The notes: generated by a model not told the origin, from the letters alone. DNA of 63,684 nucleotides, filler included, from Octopus bimaculoides (GCF_001194135.2; 6 parts of 6 records of this genome joined end to end with filler, not necessarily neighbours in it), one strand, 5' to 3'; positions 1 to 13,489 are shown, counted from the first letter of the whole stretch. Numbers and translations are program-made.

Positions 1-19
1 ATATATATATAGTATTATT

Positions 20-230
20 GGACGCTCAGGAAAGGGAAAAAAAAAGAAAGACGATTTCACGTTTCGAGCAGAGCTCTTCATCACAAATATAGAAAAAGTC
101 CAAAAAAGGGAAGACGGAGAGAGAAAATCGCCAACGATACGTACGCGGTCACCTCTTGAAATGACCGGTAGGGAATGAATGAAGAAAAAAGTTCTTTCAA
201 AGACAGGAGAGTGCAAGAGAAGGAGGTATG
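20..230 (-). mobile_element. Penelope-like element terminal (pseudo-LTR) remnant
   Basis: Minus strand reads TGATGAAGAGCTCTGCTCGAAACGTG followed by TTTCCTGAGCGTC. This is related to the PLE termini at 26412, 37158 and 63519; the last of these is attached to a GIY-YIG remnant. Confidence 0.5.
54..88 (-). ncRNA. Degenerate minimal hammerhead ribozyme motif (C3 to G, H17 = G; probably inactive)
   Basis: Minus strand reads AUUU-[G]UGAUGA-A-GAGC-UCU-GCUC-GAAAC-GUG-AAAU. Stem I (AUUU/AAAU) and stem II (GAGC/GCUC) pair. Confidence 0.5.
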
Positions 231-817
231 TGTGTGTATGTGTGGGTATGTGCGTGCGCGCAGGTCTGTGTGAGTGTATGTGTGTGTGTGTGTGTGTATG
301 TGTGTGTTTGTCTAATGATAGCACGTGTATGTGCGCGCGCGTATGTATGTGTGTGTGGTTGTGGAAGTTTATGTATGTTTGTAGTTGAACTTAGTATCGT
401 TTAAGGTCATAGGAAGAATTTATAGTAAGAATTTTGGTAGGGGTGGCTGTCTGTTGTATCTACCAACCCATGTGCGTAGGAGAATGGTCAGTAGAAAAGT
501 ACTGGTAGTCTGAAGTATGTGTGTGTGCGTGTATGTATATATAGTGTCTGTGTGGCCACTTTCATGTGGCTGTCCTCTAAGAGAGAACGATACTGCCATT
601 TTATACCCAGGAAGGTTTCTCCTTCAGCTAGTTTATTCAGTGCCCCTCTTACACTCGAAATTTATTCAAGCGGGAGATAACTCCTGCCGCTCTAGCTTCA
701 AGACCACCAGACAAAGTGGCTTTGATCTATACTGGATGTCCTCAGTGGCGGGTACTCGTTGCCAGGCATTATAGCAGTATAACCTTGCCTGCAATATATA
801 AAAAAACAGTGTTATAT

Positions 818-1041
818 TGTTGTGTGGAAGTAGAACACCCCTATTTGGTTGGCTCCTAATGGACTACATCGCAATATAAATGGACATGCGAAGGGAGTGT
901 GGGAGAGTCGGTGAGCTGAGTAAAGCCGAGAGTTGTGTATTGTTGAGTGTAATTACAAGGATTGTGTATCTTGAGTAGGAGGAATTGCGCGGATATTATT
1001 TATTATCTCGTTACATCATACGTCGAACGTGCGATACAACA
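818..1041 (+). mobile_element. Possible solo LTR
   Basis: TGTTGT...ACAACA inverted termini and an internal TATAAAT near 876. No target-site duplication found. Confidence 0.25.
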
Positions 1042-1231
1042 GATACAATCACTGATAAAAGCAGTATACAGAGATTTTCCACGGACTAGTCTCCTAGTCA
1101 CAAAATCAGTGATTCTACGACTCTGTTTTCTATATATGGCAAGCGAGGTTAACCTCTCTCTTTCTGTCTTTCTCCCTCTCTCTCCCTCTGCATATGCTCC
1201 TAATCCATATATATATATGTCTGTATGTGTG

Positions 1232-1315
<84 letters not shown>

Positions 1316-2485
1316 NNNNNNNNNNNNNNNNNNNNNNNNNNNNNNNNNNNNNNNNNNNNNNNNNNNNNNNNNNNNNNNNNNNNNNNNNNNNNNNNNNNNN
1401 NNNNNNNNNNNNNNNNNNNNNNNNNNNNNNNNNNNNNNNNNNNNNNNNNNNNNNNNNNNNNNNNNNNNNNNNNNNNNNNNNNNNNNNNNNNNNNNNNNNN
1501 NNNNNNNNNNNNNNNNNNNNNNNNNNNNNNNNNNNNNNNNNNNNNNNNNNNNNNNNNNNNNNNNNNNNNNNNNNNNNNNNNNNNNNNNNNNNNNNNNNNN
1601 NNNNNNNNNNNNNNNNNNNNNNNNNNNNNNNNNNNNNNNNNNNNNNNNNNNNNNNNNNNNNNNNNNNNNNNNNNNNNNNNNNNNNNNNNNNNNNNNNNNN
1701 NNNNNNNNNNNNNNNNNNNNNNNNNNNNNNNNNNNNNNNNNNNNNNNNNNNNNNNNNNNNNNNNNNNNNNNNNNNNNNNNNNNNNNNNNNNNNNNNNNNN
1801 NNNNNNNNNNNNNNNNNNNNNNNNNNNNNNNNNNNNNNNNNNNNNNNNNNNNNNNNNNNNNNNNNNNNNNNNNNNNNNNNNNNNNNNNNNNNNNNNNNNN
1901 NNNNNNNNNNNNNNNNNNNNNNNNNNNNNNNNNNNNNNNNNNNNNNNNNNNNNNNNNNNNNNNNNNNNNNNNNNNNNNNNNNNNNNNNNNNNNNNNNNNN
2001 NNNNNNNNNNNNNNNNNNNNNNNNNNNNNNNNNNNNNNNNNNNNNNNNNNNNNNNNNNNNNNNNNNNNNNNNNNNNNNNNNNNNNNNNNNNNNNNNNNNN
2101 NNNNNNNNNNNNNNNNNNNNNNNNNNNNNNNNNNNNNTACTGTCTTGTTCTCACTGTCCTGTTCTTGTTAACACTTTCACCCTCAGCAAAAAATCCCATT
2201 TTCATTTAATTTGCTTTGCGGGAAGGACTGTTTCAACGAAGTCGCGTATTGTCATTGTCTTCGAAACGCGGAATAGTTTAAACAGGGACAACTGACGAAG
2301 GGGTATCCTTTTTATCTTGTTTTTTTTTTTCGTTGTTCGCAAAAAAGTTCGTTTTCTATGTTTTGTCTTTATGTTTTCGTTTCTCATTGTGTTCAAAGTT
2401 TTTTTTATGTCTTGTACCCATATATGCATGTATATATACATATATATGTAGGTATGTACATATATGTATGGATATATGCATATAT

Positions 2486-2870
2486 GGAGGCGCAATGGCC
2501 CAGTGGTTAGAGCAGCGGATTTGCGTCATAGGATCGCGGTTTCGATTCCCAGACCGGGCGTTGTGAGTGTTTATTGAGCGAAAACACCTAAAGCTCCACG
2601 AGGTTCCGGCAGGGGATGGTGGCGAACCCTGCTGTATTCTTTCACCACAACTTTCTCTCACTCTTTCATCCCGTTTCTGTTGTACCTGTAATTCAAAGAG
2701 TCAGCCTTGTTACACTGTGTCACGCTGAATATCCCCGAGAACTACGTTAAGGGTACACGTGTCTTCGGAGTGCTCAGCCACTTGCACGTTAATTTCACCA
2801 GCAGGCTGTTCCGTTGATCGGATCAACTGGAACCCTCGACGTCGGAAGCGACGGAGTGCCAACAACAACA
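2486..2870 (+). mobile_element. tRNA-derived SINE, full length, (AAC)n tail
   Basis: A-box TGGCCCAGTGG, B-box-like GGTTTCGATTCC and (AAC)n tail. Close paralogue at 51436-51750. Confidence 0.85.
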
Positions 2871-2872
2871 TA

Positions 2873-2919
<47 letters not shown>

Positions 2920-3229
2920 GTTGTCTACTCCTTATGCAGAGTCTGAACATCTCTTGTACTTACACCGTAGATCTATCATGGCGTCTGATGTGGCTTTGTA
3001 AACTAGACAATCTATTGAAATGACACACATAGATTGCATATCTGATTGGGATCACTAAGAACTGCTGTGAAGATCTTCTTATGATTTTTGAGGTCTCCGT
3101 TAGATTTGTAGACGTTGTGGTATTCACGTCATTGAAAGGTGTACACAGATATATAAACAGAATAATTGATGTAGTTTCTTTTTTCATGGGTCCGCAAATG
3201 AGATTTGAGCCGATAGTCAAAGCCGGGGA

Positions 3230-4177
3230 AAAATCTTGATACCAGCAAGGAATAATCTAATATCAGTATTATGTTTCTTCAGAAAGAACTAAACGAAATT
3301 TCATCAACAGAATGAAAATTTAATATCAGGAGAATCTATATGTCAAATACTGAAGCAACAAGAAATCTTTGGTCAAATATTTAGAGCAAAGGGGTGCAAC
3401 ATAACAAAGAAGCAGAGTGGTTATGAATATTTAAAAGTAAAATGGAAAATAGGTCAAGGCAAGAGAGTATAAATATAATAGACGAGAAAGTGAAAAATAT
3501 GCTTCAAAACTGAAAAGCTTATGACTCCGATGGTGTTCAGAGATTTGACTGAAAACTCTCACATGTGCAGCTATAATAAAAAGTTTCTTACTGACAATGA
3601 AGAAAAAAAATACCCTACATGGATGACAACATAAAAGGCAGTGTTAACATAGAAGGTCTAAGAAAAGAATGGGGAAGTAAGTATAGGTTTGTTACATGCC
3701 TATCATTAATCTGGAAATTAATAACTGGCCGCATAGCAAATGAATTCTATAGATTGCTGGAGAAGAGAAATCTATTGCTAGACGAATCAAAACGATGAGA
3801 AAGATGTCTAAGAGAACTGCTGCTCTTTGATATATTGATAGCATGATATTAGCTGAGGTACGAATATGATGAACGAACTTAGTTGTTAGTTGGATAGACT
3901 ACATTAAAGCGTACAATACTTTTCTGTGTGTGTCTGAGAATACACGTGGTCAATGAGAAGATTAAGAGTTCTTTAGAAGGGCTATTAGATCATGGAAGTA
4001 AAAGTAAAGTGTGGAAGTGAATTAGAAGAAAATGTAAAAATACGGGAACGGGGAATATTTCGATGAGACTTGCTCTCCATTACATTCGCCCTTATGTTAG
4101 TTATTCCGACAAGCACAGTGAGACCTTACCAAGTGAATGATGTGTTCAAAGTGAAAATATATCTCCTCTCATATATA

Positions 4178-4222
<45 letters not shown>

Positions 4223-4576
4223 CTGTTAAAGTCTGTCATACCGGCCATGACGAAGGGAAATAGCCCTGAAACCGGAGTCGCCTTTATATATTTATATTTA
4301 TATATTTGATCCTTTATATTGAACACTCAATATTTCATCTACATTCAATACTTTCTTTCACGGTGCCATCCATTTTTATTTTATTTTATTTTATATTATA
4401 TATTGTATATTATATTATATATTGTATATTCCATATTCTATACCCCACATTGGTTCTGCAGGAATATAAATAAAACATAAAAAACAGACAGTGTTGGAAC
4501 TCTTTTAAACAAAATAATATATTCTTCTATACACAATCATACAAAAACCCCCACCTTTTTTGTATTTATTTTTACT

Positions 4577-4615
<39 letters not shown>

Positions 4616-4990
4616 ATGACCTGAAACTATACACCAATCATGAAAAAGTGACTTCCCTTGATTAAATAGCAAAAATATATAGCGATGATACTGTTATGCG
4701 GTTGGACATGTCAATAAACGTCTAGTTTTAATCATGAAAAGAAGTCGAAAGGTTAAATCTGACTGTAGGTGGAGGTATCGTTAGATCGCTGAGAGATAAG
4801 GAAAGAAACATGTACCTACGTGCCGCAGGATTGCAAGGTATTGAAAAGAAAACGAAAAAATTACACACTACAACTGAAGGATTAGGATGGTGTTCGAAAC
4901 AAATCTAAGAAGAGGTAGTGTTACAAAGGTGATCAATAATTTCGATGAACCAACAAAACTAATTCTAATACTGTCTAAAATGAAACACTC
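3230..4990 (+). mobile_element. R4/Dong-type non-LTR retrotransposon, decayed RT region, interrupted by an insertion at about 4160-4610
   Basis: Ordered RT motifs with stops: KAYDSDGVQRF (~3514), WIDYIKAYN (3891), GIFR*DLLS (~4052) and YMDDLKLY (4609-4632). Confidence 0.8.
4243..4282 (+). ncRNA. Hammerhead-ribozyme-like motif with a one-base insertion in the core
   Basis: GGC-C(A)UGACGA-AGGG-AAAUAG-CCCU-GAAAC-CGGA-GUC-GCC. Stem I is GGC/GCC, stem II is AGGG/CCCU, and the cleavage triplet is GUC. Confidence 0.6.
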
Positions 4991-6040
4991 GTGAAACCGA
5001 TTTAAGACTGCTACTATACCAGCGCTCACTGATTTAACTGGTAATAAATAATCAAATTAAAAACCAATCCGAACCCGTCCTATCCTGAAATTAATCTAAC
5101 AAATCTAGGAGTACAAATTACAAAATTTGTATATAACAGAAACAATATCAACACTAATTAAAATTGCTTTCTAGTAACATCCTTTTTTATATATCTCACT
5201 CTAAGAATTCATATTGACTTTGAAATTAAAGAAACTAATCATTTAAATCATTCACTCAATCAGTTTACGAATCTAACTCAACAAACAACGCAGAAATAAT
5301 GTAGCAATTTAAAAAAAATAAAATATATATAAATTATCATTCAAAACGTAAAGGAAAACGTTAATAATAACAGTCTAAGAAATTATCAATTTTTAATGTT
5401 TTCATAGTGGTATAAGTTAACTGTTTGTCTATGCCCACAATCTAGCATAAACTAATTTTACTTAAAAGAAAAACAACACTTTTCTAATATATGCAATATT
5501 TAATAAACATACATAAACTCCGTTAAACGTGATTGCAACCGCAAATTTTCGTTATTTTATCAAATTTTACCATCTTATTAAACCCAATTTCTTGCTCCGA
5601 AGTACTGGAGGGTGAAACAAAAATTTGTATGATTTTCTAGAAATCATATAATCGCAAAAAAGCAAAAATAAAAATTTATACATGTAACATAATTCTTCTA
5701 ACTGAATTAATATATGGAGAAGCCTTCGTATTACAAATACATAACGAAAAGAATTAATAAATTAATAATAGTTCTGCACAAATACACCTTCATTTATTAA
5801 TTTTTCAAATATTAAATTTCTAAAACAGAACAACCCCGATGAACACAATCCTTGATACAATTATTAGTACCTTCTAATCGTACAGGAAAGCCCCTCATGA
5901 ATCCTGCTATATTTTTCTTTCATGACCAATAGAAGTATAAGCAATCAACGTCTTTGTATCACTCTGTTCCCTACAAATAACGGTAGTCTATAAACCTTTT
6001 CACAAACAAACAACCGTTACTATTATTATATACCTCCCTA

Positions 6041-6170
6041 TTCCGCCGAATTGACTTTGCTTTTCATCCTTTCGGGCTTGATAATATAAGTACTAGTTGA
6101 GCCCTAAAGTCGATGTAACCGACTTACTTCCTTTCCCGAAATTGTTGACCTTGTGACAAAATTTGAAATC
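6041..6170 (+). mobile_element. SINE fragment (family with the GACTTTGCCTTTCATCC core)
   Basis: Matches the body of the copies at 20850 and 49281. Confidence 0.75.
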
Positions 6171-6562
6171 ACTATTGTTATATACCTCTCCCTCAGAAAA
6201 ATTAAATAAATCTATCGATTGCGTTCCTCCATATTCGCCTTATTTCAATAATACTCTTATCAAAATCAAAGAACTAGAATTAGGAGTCACCACACGAACT
6301 TCAGATAATCACAGATGAAAAAAAGTAAATTCATTTAAAAAGCCAGTATTATACCAAGCAATCATGCTCTGGGGATGAAGAGCAATAAAAATTGAATGTA
6401 GCATTAGTCATAATTAGAACATGAGGTCCAGTCTCCAAAATCTGTCATACTAACTGAAAAGTTGTTTCTGTCTAAGACCTTTAATTAAAGTTTGACAGCT
6501 TGAAGGAAATAATGACAAAAACTCAATTTTACAGTCATGCTGTGTAATGAAGTCATAATACG

Positions 6563-6770
6563 GGTTGCAAAATTTGGCAAAAAGAGTGCAATTTGGGGGG
6601 AGGGTGCCAGTCGATAACCTTGACCACAGTGCTGAACTAGTGCTTACTTTATCGAAAAAGATGAAAGACAAAGTTGACCTCGGCGAAATTTAAACTCATA
6701 ACGTAAAGAACGCGATGAAAAGCCGCTAAGCATTTTGCCCGACACGTTAACGATCCTACTAGCTCACCGC
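6563..6770 (-). mobile_element. SINE, diverged (same family as 6041)
   Basis: Reverse complement matches the GGCGGTGAGCTGGCAGAA...GAGGTCAACTTTG consensus seen in other copies. Confidence 0.75.
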
Positions 6771-7049
6771 TAGGGATAAGAGTAGTAATGATAATTATTA
6801 TAGCTATAATAATGATGATAATAAGAATTAATTTGCCGATGGGGAGTCAGATTAAGGAGACTTTACAAAGACAGGTTGTAAAATATGAAAGGGTTACATA
6901 AAATCGGTTGAAGAGAAAAAAGAGTGGATAAGAAATGAGATTAAACGTTATTCATAATATACAAAATATATGAATATATTGATGACCCGATCCTCCCGCT
7001 ACAGAAGTGCCTATACATGTTGCCACACAATGAATCCATTCTTTAATGC

Positions 7050-7860
7050 TAGAATTACAGCTGATCGTTCCTGTAAGCATTATTCTCTTTCTAGTTGAAG
7101 AGGGTTTAATGATTAAAATATTCAATATTTTTGTAGTCTTCGGAGAGTGTTCATCTATTTGGGGTGAATATTCTCAATTCGATTGATCTTTATTACACTC
7201 ATCTGTGGGCGAACAGTATCCGCAGCACATTCAATACTGGAAAGCTGGTGTCTCCGATCTATACCATGTGCTTCTCACATATTTGATCGATCGTGGAGAA
7301 CATCAATTCAGTAACATCCCTGTTGACTCCACTCATAAATGTTATTTCACACAGTGGCTGGTCGATGTAAATATTGAAATTCTGCTTGAATATTATTCTG
7401 TATTGTTTTGTTCAGTCTCTCTTCTTGATTCATTTCTAAATGTTCGTAACTGGCTACCGCATCTTCCTTTAATGGCAGCAGTCTTTATTCAGCGTTACGG
7501 TAATGATTTTTGCTATGGTCGTGATTCAAAATTTTAATAAGTTTCTCAAGGGAAAGATTTTTGCAGGCTCATGATACTTTTATTTGCTGTGGATTGTTAT
7601 TGCTTTATTGTGCTAGGAAGAGCAGTATATTTCTTCTGTATGAATGTGGCTGATGGCATGATTGTTTCGCATTACAATGTTAATATTTCTGTATTTTATA
7701 TCACTGTAGTTCTTCATTCTGTTCATGTAATCAATCGAGGGGTTTTCTCCAGGATTTAATTTTTTACAATAAGTATAGTTCTTGATTCAATAGGAAATTC
7801 TACTATCACTTTCCCGTAAGAATACTGTGACCTATGAAACCTGGACCTGGTTACATGTTT
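7050..7860 (-). mobile_element. Heavily decayed LINE reverse-transcriptase remnant
   Basis: Minus-strand pieces in RT order: PGPG-like, LIVKKLNP, SLQKSF (resembles DLQKAF), SGVNRD (resembles GVRQGD) and LNVLRILFAH (resembles LLFADD). Many stops. Confidence 0.45.
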
Positions 7861-7902
7861 TGCTTGGCCGCACATTGTACTTATTTCATATCTTCTATAA
7901 TT

Positions 7903-8318
7903 TTACTTGTTCCAGTCACTGGCCTGCGTCCAAACTGAAACACCTCCTTGAAAGATTTCTATAGGAAAGTTCGACTCCAATATTTATATTTATCGGTCTT
8001 TTTACCGAATCTCTAGATTACGGGGACGTAAACAAGCCAACACTTGTCAAGCGCTGTGGGGTGACAAACAAAGACACAAAACCACACTTACATTGATTCA
8101 TACATAAACACATACATAGAGATAGACAAACTGATAAACAGACAGACTGATAGACAGACAGACAGACAGACAAAGAGATAGCTAGCTAGCTAGCTAGCTA
8201 GATAGATAGATATGTATACAACGAGTTTAGTAGGAGACATTTGTTCAAGCTATCACGCAGTGGGACTGAACCTACAACGACGAGATTGCAAAGTGGGCTC
8301 TTTTATCACTCAGCCATA
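7903..8318 (-). mobile_element. SINE with internal microsatellite (family of 53335)
   Basis: The 3' part (7903-8070) and head (8220-8318) match the reverse complement of 53335-53747. A GATA/GACA/GCTA array lies between them. Confidence 0.7.
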
Positions 8319-8724
8319 ACTGCGACTATTATATACATACATGCCTGCATACTCCAACACGCACACACATACACACACACACGCACACACACACACATAC
8401 ACACATATATATATATGCATGTTTATGTATTTATGCTTATACATACATACTACACACGCACACACACACACAGATACACACGCACACACACACACGCATA
8501 CACACACATATATATATAAGATCCAAGGATTGAGGTGTAGGAAACAAACCGTAGTAAATATAGAAACAACATTCAGCGACAAAAGTGATTTATTATTGAG
8601 ACGGAAGGTTGTGGAATTTTTCTCGAAGTACGATAAATTGAAAAAGTTCCTTTTATATTTCACGGTAATCAATCACGGTTACAGGGTATACGAATAATAC
8701 AGGATACAAGAGTTAAGGAATGAC

Positions 8725-8760
<36 letters not shown>

Positions 8761-8860
8761 NNNNNNNNNNNNNNNNNNNNNNNNNNNNNNNNNNNNNNNN
8801 NNNNTTAATTAATTAANNNNNNNNNNNNNNNNNNNNNNNNNNNNNNNNNNNNNNNNNNNN

Positions 8861-8934
<74 letters not shown>

Positions 8935-9224
8935 CGTATATATACAAACATATATGAGCATATATATATAATATACATAATATGTATATGTGCATATATA
9001 TGTATATGTATCCATGTACATATGCGAGTGCATGTGTGTGTGTGTGTGTGTTTGTGCGTGTATGTGTGTACAGGAGCCTGTGTATGTATAATTTAATTTG
9101 ATTTTTCCAGTTCTTAAATTTACTTTTAAAACTGCACCCATTGCATTGAAATATTTTACATAAACATAGTAATCATCAATGCATATATGACACAGATATA
9201 TATATATATATATATGGGTTTAAA

Positions 9225-9345
9225 ATTTTGGCACAAGGCCGGCAATTCCGGGGAAGAGTGTAAGTCGATTACATCGATGCCAGGTTTCAACTGGTACTTA
9301 TTTTATCGACCCCGATAGGATGAAAGATAAATTCAACTTTGGCAG
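9225..9345 (-). mobile_element. SINE 3' fragment
   Basis: TTTTGGCACAAGGCC...TACTTATTTTATCGACCCCGATAGGATGAAAG is the reverse complement of the family body. Confidence 0.75.
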
Positions 9346-10770
9346 ATGACGTTGATATATATTAATATACATATACATATGCATATACATATATACAGCT
9401 AACTTTTATTCATCGTTATAGTTTTCCATTCGTTAAACTGTTCTGTTACAAATATTCACTAATACCCAAAGATCGTTGACAAAAATTTCAAACATTTTTT
9501 ATTACACTTCATTAACATTGATATTAGCGGACACTATATTAAACAGATGAGCCGCTCTATTTTTCGACAGAAGACTTCTTTCTTGAAGCCTCAGTATAGG
9601 TCTAAATAATGTTGATGGAATTATGAATTCCGGTTTTTTTTTTGTTTATATTTCTATATTTTATGTGTCAAAAAAAATTTGAGATTTGCATTCTCCTTTA
9701 TTTTCTCTGTTTTACATTAACGCTTGCATCATGTTGAGAAACATATCTAAGCCAATAATCTATATAATCGATTAGTAGAATTTCATTGATCATTAAATTC
9801 TAGCTGATGCTAGTAAATTCTAAGAATAAGATAACAGACATGTCATGTGAGTCGATGTAGCTATTTATTATCAATTGAGAGATTCGGTAGATTCTCTGTT
9901 TCTAAATTATTTCCGTTATTGCTCCTGAAATGTTTCTACCATGATGAATGATATTTAATCACACCACAATAGGGAATATCTGGTCATTATATCAGATATG
10001 TATCAGAATTTTTGCAGCTTCTATTACTCACGGAGTTTGAGCAGTGAATTTATGTGAGACGTGTGGCCGTACACTATATCGTTGTTATTGTTGTATTGTT
10101 TGCTTTTAGCTAAGCCAGACCTACTGGAGCCTACATACAATATATAAGTATCTACGTTCCAATTAAGACCGTTCTCTCGCATTTTTTTTCTTTTTAATTT
10201 AGTTCTACTAATTTCAATACGGATCCTCATTTTTTGAAACGATAAAATAAGAGTGCATGGATATTTCTCATAGAAGCCAGTAACTAATTGGCATTCACGA
10301 ATGTTTGCTGTCCATTTTTTTTCTTCTTTAGCCTCAGGCCAGTTTCAAAGTGTTGACCAATTATCAGCGACTATCCAACCGTAGCCTTTCCATCTCTTAT
10401 TAGATATAATGTACATAGGAATACATTTTCCAATGTGTTACCTCTTTTAGAAAACAGCAGGGTGTATGACATAGATGAGATTTTGTTGCCATTTTAGCAG
10501 ATGAATCACAAATGAAATCAAGATTCCTATCTTAGTTTTCCAAAATAAATGAATAATTTTGAATATTAATAAAAGTTAATTTAAATTTGATATTTTGACG
10601 CAGAAAGCGTTCAAAATTGCGCTAGAATTAATTATTCGGTGAGTAAAAACAATATTACTCGTTAAACAATGTTAATTAATTCAGTAAGTGTAAGAGAGGA
10701 TACCGAATTTATTTAAGTTTTGACGTAACTTCATCAAAGGACTGTAGATTCGCAGAATCACTAGAGCATC

Positions 10771-11170
10771 GGTAAAATTATGATGTGCTATTTCTTCCAG
10801 TTCTTGATGTTCTGTGTGCAAATCCTGGCGTTGCTGTTAAATTAAGGTATTAGCCAAGTGCTGTAGTCAAATTAATCGTGTAACCACACATCACACAAAG
10901 TGCTTGGCGGTATTTCTTCCGGTGTTTGTACATTCTGAGTGAAAATACGACGAAGATACCACCCACGTTAATATAATGGAATATTAATCAAGTACTGTAG
11001 TCAATTTAATCAACAAATTAAACTTCTTAATCCCCAAATCCCTTGCGGTATTTATTCCGGAATTTTTACGTGGAATGCAAATCCGAATGAGGCGATAATA
11101 AAGCATACAAGCGTAAAAGTGTACACGCGTACAAGTATGATCAATTTAATCGATGAAAATACCCCTATTC
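10771..11170 (+). repeat. Degenerate tandem array (~130-140 bp unit, ~3 copies) derived from SINE body
   Basis: Recurrent GCGGTATTT(C/A)TTCCGG and AAGT(G/A)CTGTAGTCAA(A/T)TTAATC blocks. Confidence 0.55.
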
Positions 11171-13276
11171 ACCCCAAATTAGGCTTTACACCTTTGTTAG
11201 ATGAATCAATTATTAAATCATCAATGAAATATAAACTTCAAGATAATTGCCAAAATAGTGTTGGGGAAAGCAGAAAGCAAATATACTAGACTATATACTG
11301 GTTGGTGTAGACAACTACAACTATTTAAAGAAGAAATCACCCAGGGACACCATTCGCAAACAAAATAGTAATTAAGCTGGTGATAATATACTGAATGGAT
11401 AGAGCATCACAAGGCAGCTAAACATTGATCATTGACGTATATTAATTGGATATTTTTGCAAGTCAACGGCGGCGCATCAGCATGGCAGCAGCTTTCAGCT
11501 GAAACTACAGAAAAAAAAAGTAGTTATGAACTGCCAAGCGGAGTTTAGTTTGTAATAACGAATACTCGGCGGTATATTTTTTAACCCCAAAATTACGCAA
11601 AAAATATCCATTTAATATACGTCAATGATTAATATTTGGCTGCCCTATGATGAAAATCGAAGAATTGCTGTTGATTTATAGCACCAAAATGATCTGTATT
11701 CCATCCAAAGTTTACGACTTCAAATATTTAATTGAAATCTCAGCTGATTTCATAGGAGGATTGATATAAAATGCTTACATGTCTGATAAACACACGTCGT
11801 CAGTCAATGCGGATAATAAATACGGATTTAATTTGAGATTAAAAAGACTTCCATGTATAAAAGCAGAAAAGACGTTTGAAGAAAATCTCTTTAATCTGGA
11901 AAAGAATTTAAAGTCCCGGAGGGTTAATAGCAGCTTTCAAAATCCTTAAAGGAAATGCTATGTAACTTTTGGGATTCCAAATACAATTTTCGCTTAATCG
12001 GATAACACCATAAATCATAATGGTTCTGATATAAGCACGTACATCAGAGTGCTAATCACGATTATCACTGCTATTTACAAAAGATCATATACTAAGGCAT
12101 ACAATTCCATTAATCTAGAATTTGAAAGATAATGTTTCTAGCAAACTTAGCATAGACCACAGGCCTGAATATTAAGTTCAAATTCATTGTGAATGAATTC
12201 AAATATTAAGCGATATTTAAATGGCATGCACCAATTTCCCTATGATGGCATGCACCGATTTCCCTATGATATACTCCAGCTAGTTCCATAGTTTCTGCCC
12301 ACCACAAAACTGTGTAAGAAGTATCTACCGTTTATGGTTCATATAACATTTCAGAAGCCTTAACGATATTTTAATCTTTATGGATGCAACAGCTCTGACC
12401 AATGTAGTCANNNNNNNNNNNNNNNNNNNNNNNNNNNNNNNNNNNNNNNNNNNNNNNNNNNNNNNNNNNNNNNNNNNNNNNNNNNNNNNNNNNNNNNNNN
12501 NNNNNNNNNNNNNNNNNNNNNNNNNNNNNNNNNNNNNNNNNNNNNNNNNNNNNNNNNNNNNNNNNNNNNNNNNAGTTTCTGCCCACCACAAAACTGTGTA
12601 AGAAGTATCTACCGTTTATGGTTCATATAACATTTCAGAAGCCTTAACGATATTTTAATCTTTATGGATGCAACAGCTCTGACCAATGTAGTCATTAATA
12701 TCTTGTCGTCAATCCTGAATTATCTGTTTATGTATATTCTATATTCCTACGTAGTAACGCCGAACATATGTGCATACATAACAATGAAAATTCAGACACT
12801 AATAATAACAAATCTCTCCGGGAATGTTCAATAAAATCTTCTGCCTTAGTTGTGTCGAAGTAATTATGTAGAAACCATACAGTTAGCTGTTCATCAAAGC
12901 AGTAAAAATGACAATAAAGTTATATAGTTAGATCATATTGGAACTATATTAGAAAGCTTATGTTGCTTTTCCCATTTGAAACTTAATAGAAGACAGCGTA
13001 AAACGAATACTCAAGTAGAGCATACACCAGAGATTCACAAGAGAGGAATTAAGACCTTACCTATATTATATCATTACGAAATACCGTATAAATCATTGTT
13101 ATCTGCTTGAATAGGTGTTTCATATTTTAAAAAAATATGCAATGGAAATATGCCGATGCATTTAGAAAGCTACGTCCTCTCAGATGACACCTCGATATGC
13201 ATAAACTCTCTCTCTGTTTTTCTCACTGTTCTTTTTCTCTCTCTCTCTCTCCCTCTCTCTCTTCTCTTTGCATATC

Positions 13277-13322
<46 letters not shown>

Positions 13323-13489
13323 TGTGTATATATATATACAGAGAGAATGAGAGAGAGAGAGAAAGAAATATGAAGTATATATACATATATATACATATAA
13401 CTATGCATATTGACAAGAAACCATGTAAACAGAACAAGGATGGGCGCAAATCGTGGGTAACAAGTTTTGGGTGATTATCTCACTTGGGA

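Noticed and set aside
962-2295. Long ORFs spanning N-runs (also 14362-15527, 38495-39538, 47767-48919, 54197-55309)
   Set aside because: They are open only because N codons and dinucleotide repeats contain no stops.
2290-2312. CTGACGAAGGGGTATCC hammerhead-like start
   Set aside because: No GAAA, stem III or cleavage triplet follows; at most a broken relic.
8805-8816. TTAATTAATTAA islands inside gaps (also ~29001, ~47186, ~56441, ~62509)
   Set aside because: An identical 12-mer with stops in all six frames, embedded in Ns, is an assembly linker rather than biology.
12290-12694. Exact ~120-bp duplication on both sides of a gap
   Set aside because: Typical unmerged contig-end overlap. It cannot be treated as a real tandem duplication without long reads.
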